Assembly: GCF_009914755.1 (NCBI RefSeq)
Contig: NC_060940.1
DNA: 64,000 nt
From: the human T2T-CHM13v2.0 reference genome, Homo sapiens
Reading direction: 5' to 3' (one strand)
Positions 49,390 to 64,000 of the stretch are shown here, one piece after another. The translations under genes were made by a program, and so were the position numbers. The notes under the pieces are model-generated. The model was not told where the DNA came from, did not search any database, and was given only the letters and a program-made list of their open reading frames with translations. Every line of letters begins with the position of its first letter. Within the stretch, counting starts at the first letter, position 1.

Positions 49390-50558
49390 TATTTCATCAC
49401 TATAATTTTAATCATTAGGCATATTAATGTCACATACAGTTTTTAAAATATAAATATTTTTAAAGCTGTTTTACAATATGATAACAAGAACACCCAGCAG
49501 ATACAGGTTGTACAGTTAATCATTTTGACTGTGTCAGTAATATAATCAGAATACTGTAACGGTAAGAGAAAAATACTTTTTTTTTTTTTTGAGACTGGGT
49601 CTCGCTCTGTCGCCCAAGCTGGAATGCAGTGGCGCAATCACACCTCACTGCAGCCTCAACCTCCTGGGCTCAAGGATCCTCTAGCCTCAGCCTCCTGAGT
49701 AGCTGGAACTACATGCATGCACCACCACACTCAGCTAATTTTTTTTAAATTTATTTTTAGTAGAGACAGGGTCTCACTATGTTGCCTAGGCTAGTCTTGA
49801 ACTCCTGGGCTCAAGTGATCCTCCTGCCTCAGCCTCCCAAAGTGCTGCGATTACAAGCGTGAGCCACCGCCTGGCCCGAAAAATACCTTGTTTTTAATCA
49901 TTCCCATTCAGCAATAGTGAAAATGCTCTATGTACAACATTGGCTCTGAATAACACATTTCATTTCTGCTTCAAACCTCCTATGCTGTCTATCGCTGTTT
50001 TGACGACTGCATAGCTCAACAGAAAAATGCGTCCCATTGACGTCTCAATAATAAGTCTGATTAGGCAGATAAATTCCCAATCATAAAAGCTTTTATTTTA
50101 AGACAAGTATTATGCAAATACAGGATGGAAATCAGACTCACTGTAATTGGGATGAAAAGGCAACTCTAAGAAGAATGCTGTACATATGACACCTATTGCA
50201 TTTTTATGCACTAGTCTTGCATTCCCTTCCTTACTTCCTCGTCTTTGAAGTGCTAAAGGTAATTACACTAAAAAGTTACCACCAGGCTTAATATGAGAGA
50301 ACCATGTGTATAAGAAAGCAAGACTTTCAGATAAGCAATCTCCAAATATTTTCTATTTTATATGCATTTATGATTTTTCTTATAAAGAGGGAGTGTTTTA
50401 TGTGCAACACCTGCAAATGGAAATAAATCTACCTTTCACTCAAGCCCAAATAATCAAATATAAAATACAGACAATACAGCAAACTACAATGGCAGCAGTG
50501 ATTCTTAGGGCAGCATGTGCAAAATCCAGTATTTTGCTATCTACTTACATCACTGTAG
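49390..50558 (-). other. SHCBP1: SHCBP1 3'UTR (contains AluJ 49577-49877)
   Basis: Downstream of the stop; candidate poly(A) signals AATAAA (50092-50097) and ATTAAA (49407-49412) on the minus strand; true end inferred. Confidence 0.6.
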
Positions 50559-50884
50559 TCAGAAAAGAAATGTGCCAAAACTACCTTTCCCATTCCACTT
50601 GAACTGGTTCCCCACAATCCCAACAAACATCTCCTGTGACATTAAGTTGTCATCAGCTTGCGTGATCCCCAGTTCACTCAACCTTTTCTTCTTTATCTGG
50701 CCTTTCTGTGTGGAGGCAGCAATTAGTTCATTTACAATTTCACAATTTCCCTCGACTTGCTCAGAAGGGTCAGTTCTTGCACAAAGCTCCATTTTACCAG
50801 TTGCACACTCAATCAGCTCTTCTAGATCCACTCTTTCAGCCACATCTGGCTCTCCACTTGTCTGAATTTTAAGCGCTTTATTTT
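50559..50884 (-). CDS. SHCBP1: SHCBP1 last coding exon
   Basis: tttctccag|AAAATAAAG; (E)NKALKIQTSGEPDVAERVDLEELIECATG...GNQFKWNGKGSFGTFLF*, recognised as the SHCBP1 C-terminus. Confidence 0.93.
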
Positions 50885-51189
50885 CTGGAGAAACAAACAA
50901 ATAATAACAAAGTTAAATATACAAGCTAACCCAACAAAAACATATATTTCTACACAGTCTTCTCAACAAGCAGCTGCCTTGCTTTCTATACCAAGGTTCC
51001 CTGACCCTCACACAGGATCACCAATTTTGAACTCTTCCTTTACCCTTTTCATCCCAGAATCACTTTTACTCAACAGACATTTCCTGGATAGTTACTATCT
51101 GCTAAGCACTGCGTTAGGAGATAGGATGCACAGATTGATAAGATAGTGCCACTTTTCTAAATGAAGTCCCAATCTAGCAGCTAATTCTA

Positions 51190-51610
51190 GATAGGCCCCA
51201 TGATCCCCACCCCCTGGTATTACTTTCATGCCTATTAAATGGCAGAAGAATTTTGCACTGTAATTTTACAATGTAATTAAGATTGCTAATCAGTTTTCTC
51301 CAGCTGGTTGCTAAAGAGGAAGTCAGAGAAATTCAGAGCATGAGAGATTTGCCTTGAGGGATGTTCTCTGTTGCTGAGATGGGGGGGCCATGAGGCAAGA
51401 ACCTGAGAGCAGCCTCTAGGAGCTGAGTGCCAGCCCCAGCAAACAGCCAGCAGCCAGCAAGAAAATGGAGACTTCAGACCCATGAGCTAAAGGAATGAAT
51501 TCTGCCCATGAATGATATGAATGCGTTTGGAGACAGAGTCTGCCCCCAGAGCTTTCAGATGAGTCCTGTCCAGCTGACACCTTTATTTTACTTTTGTGAG
51601 ACCTGTGAAG
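51190..51610 (+). mobile_element. MLT1 (MaLR) LTR
   Basis: gcagcctctaggagctgag...cagccagcaagaaaatggagacttcag...ccagctgacacctt. Confidence 0.75.
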
Positions 51611-51973
51611 AAATAAAGAACTTGCAGAGATGTAACTGGAGCAGATCCTGAAGGATGACAAGGACTACCCTTTAAACTCTTTCAACCTGAAAAAGCTGAT
51701 TAAATAAATAAACTGCTTTAAACTTTCCTCACCTACATCAAAGCTTAATCCTTCTCTATGACTGAGACTTAATAGTGGTCTACATCATAGCTTGAAGTTC
51801 ACAGATTTCCACTGAGTTAGCTCCCCTTCGCTGCCAAGAAAGGCAGGTGACAGGAAGGCATTTACTTCTACCAATAAAAACAGAGGTAAACTCCACTATC
51901 CCCTCCAGGAAATGCAGCCTTCAGCCTGGCACATTCATTTCACTGTCTCCAGCCTTAACAAACGCCAGTAGGA

Positions 51974-52078
51974 GCCACCATTGCTGTCACACACCCACTG
52001 TTGCTGTCACACACCCACCATAGCATCACACACCCACCATTGCTATCACACACCCATCGTTGCTATCACACATCCACC
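51974..52078. repeat. 20-bp minisatellite, ~5 copies
   Basis: Unit ccaccattgct(g/a)tcacacac. Confidence 0.9.
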
Positions 52079-52345
52079 CTCATTGAAAGCTAACCATGAT
52101 AAGAAGGGAACTGCACAGAAACCACAACATCAAGATTTTGAATGACAGTTGAACTAGTTGACCTTGAAAGTTTCTTTCACAGTCTGTAATGTTATGACTT
52201 AATGTTACCAAGCTTCTCTCTCTCCATGCCCAAGCATATCCCAACAACCTTTTTTAAGGAAGAGAGGAAGACTCAGATCCTTAATCAGCATTTAATGCTG
52301 AAATAAATTATGTCTGGTTTTTATATTAAAAATTACTAAATATAC

Positions 52346-52487
52346 CTTCAGTTCCATCTTCAGCATTTTCTTGCAGGTCAGAGAAGATTGTAGGTTTCAC
52401 CAAGACAACACCATAACCTTCATTATTATGTATTATATTATTCACCATGGATATCTTGGGAATGTCATAATGTTCATCTAAGAAGTC
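52346..52487 (-). CDS. SHCBP1: SHCBP1 penultimate exon (142 nt)
   Basis: gtcacag|GACTTC...CTGAAG|gtatat; DFLDEHYDIPKISMVNNIIHNNEGYGVVLVKPTIFSDLQENAEDGTE; phase matches neighbours. Confidence 0.93.
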
Positions 52488-52832
52488 CTGTGACATTGAA
52501 AACAAATGTTTTAGGAACTGTCATATTCAACATTTCCTGCCTTAAAAATCTTCTTTATTCACACTATTCTAAAAATAAAAGGAAAAAGCTATGTTTAGTC
52601 CCATGTTGTAGCACAGTCTGCACCCTTAGTGACACAGCTTTCCTCTGTCATTTCTGCAGATCTATAGGTAACAGCATTCTCACAAGAGATTCCAATCACT
52701 GATATTATCAAAATGTGTACACTGTTTATGCTTTTCAAAACCAGAAAATAGAACCCAACAATTTAATAAAGCATAATTTGTAGGTAAAACCATTCTATCC
52801 ATTGAAAAGTGGGTGTTTTGGCTGATGCTCAC

Positions 52833-52919
52833 CTTAATGAGGATCCCTTCCTTGCAGTGATGGATCCCATTGTCACTCAGGGTGCACTGACTCCCAGGGT
52901 AGATTTCTATACCAGCACC
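52833..52919 (-). CDS. SHCBP1: SHCBP1 third-last exon (87 nt)
   Basis: ctcacag|GGTGCT...ATTAAG|gtgagc; GAGIEIYPGSQCTLSDNGIHHCKEGILIK (beta-helix-type repeat). Confidence 0.93.
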
Positions 52920-53128
52920 CTGTGAGTCACAGTTTGAGATAATGACAATCAGTTTTTAAAAGGCAAGACTATAAGAGTTTATTACAATTACTTCTTAGCC
53001 TTTAACACAGTACAAATGTACAGCACAAAGATAAAGTACTTTACAGATAAGTTTTACCAGCCATTTTTAATCAACATTTCCATTTGTTCCATTTCTAGCA
53101 AGTTGTTGACAATTTATCATTTTCAAAA

Positions 53129-53154
53129 CCACACACACACACACACACACACAC
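53129..53154. repeat. (CA)n microsatellite
   Basis: About 12 CA units. Confidence 0.9.
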
Positions 53155-56100
53155 GCTAAGAGTGCCAACACTTGATTCTTGCTCTACTCTCTTTCATTCT
53201 AGATAAATGTTTTCTGATTCTGCCAAGAAAAAAAAAAAGTCATTTAACAATTTTGTTGAAAGACACACTTATTCAAAATGACCATTCTCTCAGATACTCA
53301 ATTAGTTGGAGATAAGTATTTGAATTTAGTAAAATATTGTAATTTGAGGATAGAAACAAGACCCCACATTTTCCAAAACGTGTCAGTTTTAAAATACCCC
53401 AACCCAACTTAAAAATCATTTCTATGAGTCCAACAATGGCTTTCCCTACCACACACATTAACATCAGCAGCCAGTTCAAGTGTCATTCAAACAGAGTAAC
53501 CAGAAAGATCAAACATGACACTATTCTCTCATACCTTATGGCACCAAAAAACATAAAAATAGTAAGAATTTCTTTCCTAATGCTATGCAAGGCACTCTGG
53601 AAAACAAAAATGATTCACTCAAACCTCTATAGTTATTTCAGCAACCATTTGGGAATAATTTAATGCACAACAGCATCGATGAAGAAGAGTTGCTGTAACC
53701 ATTGATGACACATCTAATGCATGTATGTTCAGTTAATTTTCTAGTAGCAGTAGTATTCCATGAGAAAACATTTATTATTACTTAACCCTGTACATATGCC
53801 TGAACCATATGTATACACCAATCTAACTCTTTTGTAGAGAGGATTTTAAAAATGTGCTAATTGTGTCTTCTAAGAGATTTTCAGTTTGGGGTTATGTGCA
53901 AAAAAAGATTTTGGGGCGACTATGTTTAAAAATATCTATAGCAAGATGGTTAAAATTAAATATCAAACTGTCAGGAATCACATAAAATTTGTAAAGGAGA
54001 ACAATTTAAACCAGCAGTCATGTAGCAAGTGAAAGTCATATTCAAAATATGTTATGAAAAGGAACAGATAATTTGGCAATTAAAAAGTAACTGAGGAGCC
54101 TGCCACTTCTGGGATGATGGAGTAGATGTCCCTATTCCTCCTGCTAGGTACGACCAAAAACCATGGGCATTATATATAAAACAAGCATAAGACTGAAAAA
54201 TGGAGAGAAGAAGGCAGACCAGCTAGGGACCTCAGGACCCAAGAAACAACACCAACACAGTGGTAAGTTCCTTTCTTTTTGCTTCATAATCCCTAGACTT
54301 GGAGCTGAAGAAGCCAGCAATCCAGTACACCAACAGACATACACCCAAAAAAAAGCTGCTCTAACGAAAGGACTAGGCAACCTAGAAAGAGGAAAACTTT
54401 TAGATAATAATAGCTCTATTCCAGGTAAACACCACAGAGCCAGGACTTTCATCCCCACCAACCACAGTTGCAAGGCCCTCCCTGCAGCAGTGTCAGTGAA
54501 AACTATATGAGGAGCCTGGACTTGTACCCCCACCTGGCAGTGCCAAGACAACCACTCCCTCCCTACTGGGGCAGTGTCAGAGCAGGCCTAGTGGAGATTC
54601 CAGACTTTCACCATTGCCCACTGGTAACAAGACCACTCCCATATATCACAGTGCCAGTGGAGACCATGTAGGAAGCTAGACCTCCCACCCCTACATAGCA
54701 GTAAGAAGGAGCTCCCCCACCCAACTTGGGTATCAATGAACGCCAAGTGGGAACCATGACTTCTACCTCCACCAGTAACAAGATGATACCCATCTACCGC
54801 CAACCCTGTCCCTTCTTGTAGTAGTATCAGAGAAGCCAAGTTAAAACAGAAGATCCAGATTCTCACAACATAATATAAAAATATCCAACTTTCATTTGAA
54901 AATCCCTTGTCATACCAAGAATCAGGAAAATGTCAAAATGAATAAGACAATTAACAGATGCCAAAACCAAGATGTCAGAGATGATAGAATTAACTGACAG
55001 TGATTTTAAAGCAGCCATGATAAAAATGCTTCAATAAGCAATTATGAACACACATAAAACCAATGAAAAATGAAGTCTCAGCAAAGAAGTAGATGATATA
55101 AAGAACCAAATGGAAATTTTAGAATTGAAAAATACAATAACTGAAATAGAAAGCTCAATGGATGTGCTCAACAGCAGAATGAAAACAACAGAGGAAAGAA
55201 TCAGTGAACTGGAAGACAGAACAGTAAAATTTACCCAATAGCAGAGAAAACAGTGAAAAAGAAAAGTAAACAGAGCTCCAGGGGTCTGCTGGAATATAAC
55301 AAAAGATCCAATATTCATGTCATCAGAGTCCTGGAAAGAAAGAGGGTGAGGCTAAAAACATACTTCAAGAAATAGTGACTAAAAGCTCCCAAATTTGGCA
55401 GGATTTGGATAATAAGCCTACAGGTTCAAGAAGCTGAGCAGACACCAAACAGGATAAACTCAAAGAAATCCACGCCAACATACATCATAATTAAACTAGT
55501 GTAAGCTTAAAACAAAAATCTTGAAAGCATCAATTAAAATTTTATGCCTTACCTATAGGAGAGAAAATGTGATTGACAGCATCAGAAACCATGGACGTCA
55601 GATGAAAGACACACAGTATTGTTCAAGGGCTAAAAGAAAAAAAATTGTCAACCCAGAATCCTATAACCAGTGAAAATATTCTTCAGGAATGAGGAGGAAA
55701 TCAAGATATTCTAAGAAGAAGGAAAAATAGGAAAATTTGTCACCAGCAGACGTATCTTCATAGAATGACTAAAGGAAGTTATCTAAACAAAAAAGAAATG
55801 ATAAAAGAGAAGATCCTGGAACATCAAAAAGAAAAAAAAAGAACACACTAAGCAAAGATATAGGTAAATACAATAAGCTTTCCTTCTCTTGAGTGTTCTA
55901 AATTATGTTTGACATTTGAAACAAAAATCATAAAATTCTCTAATATGGTTCTAGATGTACGTACATAAGGCAAATGTTTAAGACAATTATAAAAAGGAGA
56001 TGGTAGAGAATAATAAAAGGAGGCAAGGTTTCTATACTTTACTTGAACTGGTGACACCAGTAAACTGTTATGTACATATAATATACAACCTAGGGCGACC

Positions 56101-56392
56101 ACTAAAAAAGCTATATGAAGAGATATTCTCAAAAACAAATGAAATTCTGAAAAATGTTCAGCTATCCACAGGATGGCAGAAAAAAAGCAAATCAAGAAAT
56201 GAAAAGCATAACAAACAGAAAACACGAAATAAACTAAAGATTTAATATCAATAATTAAATGTAAGTGGTCTAAATACAATTAAAAGACAAAGATTGCCAA
56301 AGTGGATTAAAAACATGACTCAACTATATGCTGTCTACAACTCACTTCAAACAGAATATAGGCAAGTTGAAATTAAAACAATAGAAAAAGAC

Positions 56393-60148
<3,756 letters not shown>

Positions 60149-62274
60149 AATAGAAAAAGACATATCATGCAAACAATAATCAAAGGAAAGCAGGTGTGGC
60201 TATATTCACATCAGATAAAGTAGACTTTGGAGCAAAAAAAATTACCAGAGACAGACATAATCATAAACATGCTGACTCACCAAAAAGACACAGCAATCCT
60301 AAGTGAGCATACACCAAACAGAACTGCAAAATATGTGAAGCAAAAACTAATAGTACTGAAAAGGCAAACAAACAAATTCAGTTATAGTTAGAGACTTCAA
60401 CACCCCTCTCTCAACAATTGGCAGAAAAAAAAAATCAGAAAGAATACAAAAGAACTCAACACCACCAACCAACTTGATCTAGTTGACATTTTATAGAATA
60501 TACCACCCAATGACAGCGGAATACACATTCTTTTCATTTGCTCACAGAATATGTATCCAGATAGACCATATCCTGAGCCATAAAAGAAACCTCTAGAAAT
60601 ATAAAAGAATTAAAATCATATAGTGTGTTTTCCGACCACAATGGAATGAAACTGGAATTCAACAACAGAAAGATAATAGTAAAACTCCAAATATTTAGAA
60701 ACTAAACAACACACTTCTAAATTCTGCACAAACCAACGAATAAAAATAAATATCAAAATTTACAAAACAGCTAGAGCAATGCTGAGAGACAAGTTTATAG
60801 CATTAAATGCTTACATTAGAAAAGAGAAAAAGTCTCAAATCAATAATCTAATCTCTCAGGTGGAAAACCCAAAACAAGTAAAATAAATCCAAAACAAGCA
60901 GAAGGAATGAAATCATAAAAAGAACATAAAAAAGTAAAACTAAAAATTAAAATTAAATCTAAAAAAAGAACATAAGTGAAATTGAAAACAGAACAATTAT
61001 CAAAAAGAAAAAAAACACAGAACAATGAAACAAAGAGTTGGTTCTCAAAAGAGAGAAGACACAAACTACCAACATCAAGCATGAAACAGGGATCATTACT
61101 ATATACCCTGCAGATATCAGAAGAATAAGGAAATACTACAAACAATTCTATGCATATAAATCTGACAACTTAGAAGTAGTAGTCCAATACCACAAAAAGC
61201 ACAAACTACCAAAATATACTCAATATGAAATAGGTCATTTGAATATCCTTTTAACTATTAATGAAATTGAATTCATAATTTTAAAAATTCCAAAAGAGAA
61301 ATCTCCGGGCCCAGGTGATTGCATTGGAGAAATCCATCAAACATCTGAAGAATAAACAGCAATTCTACACAATCTCGTTTACAAAATACAAGAGAAGGGA
61401 ACACTTCAGTATTCATTTTATGAAGCTATTATTATCGATAATAGAACCAGACAAAGACAGTGGCACAGAAAACCAAAACTAGAGTCCAATATTCATGAAT
61501 ATAGATGCAAAATTTCCTAACAAAAGATTAGCAAATATAATTCAGCAATATATAAAAATAATTATATACCATGACCAAGTGGGTTTTATGCCACAGAGGC
61601 AAGGCTGGCTCAAAATTTGAAAATCAACCAATGTAACCCACCATTTTCTGTTTTCCAGTAAGAAAAATCATGCGATCATATCAATCTATCCAGAAAAAAC
61701 ATTAAAAGTCAGCCTAGTCCTGAGAAAGGAACTCAGAAAAAAAGAAGTCAACATCCACTTATGATAAAAATTCTCAAAAAAAAAAAAAAAAAAAAAAAAA
61801 AAGCAGAAATTCTTCAACTTAATAACGAATATCTAAAAACCTGGTCAACCTTATTCTTTTTGATGGAATACTAAATATATTCTCTCTAATATCAAAACCA
61901 AGGTAAGGATGTCTGCTTTCATAGTGCTGGAAATTCTAGCCAGTGCAATAAGGCAAGGGGGGAAAAAGGCATAAAGATTAGAAAAGAAAAAAAAGAACCT
62001 GCACTTATTTGCAGATAACATTACTCTCTATATAGAAAATCCCAAGGAATCTACAAAAACATTCCTATAAGTGTGGTTCAACAAAGTCATAGGATATAGC
62101 ATAAACATATAAAAATAAATTATATTTCTATATACTAGCAATGAATGTATGGACACTGAAATTAATACCATAATCACTCAAAAAAGTGAAATAATTAGGT
62201 ACAAATCTAACAAAACACATACAACATTTGTATGCTGAAGAGTACACAATGCTGATGAAAGAAAACAAAGATTT

Positions 62275-62576
62275 GGCTGGGTGTGGGGGCTCATGTTTAT
62301 AATCCCAGCACTTCGGGAGACTGAAGCAGGAGGACTGCTTGAGCCTAGGAGTTGGAGAACAGCCTAGGCAACATGGCAAGACCCCATCTCTACAAAAAAT
62401 AAAGTAAAAAATGTTAGCTCAGTGTTGTGCCATGCACCTTTAGTCCCAGCTACTTGAGAGGCAGAGTTGGGAAGATGGCTTGAGCCCAGGAGACTGAAGC
62501 TATGCCATAAGCCGTGTTCATGCCACCGCATTCCAGCCTGAGTGACAGAACAAGTCCCTATCTCAAAAAAAAAAAG
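62275..62576 (+). mobile_element. AluJ inside L1M
   Basis: Diverged Alu; flanks gaaaacaaagattt / gaaatcagagattt. Confidence 0.85.
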
Positions 62577-64000
62577 AAATCAGAGATTTTAAATAAATGG
62601 AGAAATACATTGTTTTCAAAGATTGGAAGGCGTTAATCCTTCCCAAATTGACATATGGGTTTATTAAAGTTCCTATCAAAATCTCAGCATGATCTTTCGT
62701 GGATATAGACAAAATTATTTTAACATTTGTATTGAAAAGCAAAGGAACCAGGGTAGCTGAAACAATTTTGAAAAAAACAAAGTAGGAGAAATCACTCTAC
62801 CTGATTTTAAGACTTAATGTATAGCTACAGGTATTGGTGGAGGGATGGCTACACAGATTAGTGAAACAGAATAGGAAAAGAAATGAACCATGACCTAAAC
62901 CTCACACCTTATACCAAAATTAACTAGAAAATGGATCACAACCTTATGTAAAATATAACGCTATAAAAATTTTAGAAAAAAAATAGGAGAAAATCAGGAT
63001 CTATGGCTAGGCAGAGTTCTTATCACCAAAACCTCAACTCATAAAAGGAAAAACTGATACAGTGGACTTCATCAAAATTAAATACTTTGCTCCATAAAAG
63101 GCCATATGAAGAAGGTGAAAAGACAAGCTACAGAGTGGCAAAAAATGTCTCCAAACCACATACCTGACAACGGACTAGTATCTAGAATATACAGAGAACT
63201 CTCAAACCTCTACAGTAAAGAAGAACAAACAATCCAATTAGAAAATGGGGCAAAAGTCACAGATATTTCACTAAAGAGGATATAAGGGTGGCAAATAAGC
63301 ATATGAGAAAATGCTCAACATCATTAACAACTGGGGAAATGACAATTAAAACCACAATGAGATATCACTACACACTTATCAGAATGGCTAAAACAAAAAA
63401 TAGTCAAAACACCAAATGCTCTTGAGGACATGGAGAAACTAGACCACTCAAACATTGCTAGTAGGATGGTACAACTACTCTGAAAACATTTTAGCGGTTT
63501 CTTTAAAAAAAAAAAACCTAAACATGCAACTACTATATGACCTACAATTGCATCCATTGTCACTTACTCCTTAAAAAATGAAAACTGTGTTCACACAAAA
63601 ACCTGTACCCGAACGTTTATAGCAGCTTTACTGACAATAGGCAAAAACTGGAGACAATCTAGACATCCTTCCACAAGTGACAAAACAAACCGTGGAACAA
63701 CCACACATTGGACTATTCCTCCACAGTAAAAAGGAGCAAGCTATTGGTACATACAACGACCTAGGTGAAGCTCCACAGAACCACACTAAGTGAGAAAAGC
63801 CAATCCCAAAGAGCCACATACTGTGTGATTCCATTTCTACATTTTTGAAATGATGAAATAAATAGAAATGAAAAACAGCTTAAGGTGTGCCTGCAGTTAA
63901 GGAAGAGGTTGGTGGGAGAGGCAGGTGAGTTTGGCTCTAGGAGGGCAGCATGAGGGGTCCCTGTGGTGATGGGAATATTCTTCTACTGACAGGATCGATG

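Noticed and set aside
51974-52078. CRISPR-like repeat array
   Set aside because: Head-to-tail minisatellite without spacers, in a eukaryotic intron.

Overview
Repeat-rich primate DNA, most likely human 16q11.2 (locus assigned from recognised peptides, not a database search). Minus strand: the last three coding exons and 3'UTR of SHCBP1 (~49.4-52.9 kb), then the CpG-island promoter and first six exons of an ANKRD26/POTE/ANKRD30-family ankyrin gene, ANKRD26P1 (37.7-19.3 kb). These six exons splice into an uninterrupted 255-codon frame, and a seventh ankyrin exon is still open but has lost its acceptor. Between the two genes lie + strand pseudogene copies of RAB31 and ZBTB14. A U6 pseudogene, an LTR13 solo LTR, many Alus and several nested elements are also present. 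The most striking structure is a full-length L1PA3/4-type element (4137-10338) whose 14-bp target-site duplication closes only at 14336-14349, which indicates a 10.2-kb insertion carrying a ~4-kb 3' transduction. Exon, TSD and LTR boundaries were counted by hand; subfamily names and boundaries of old repeats are approximate.
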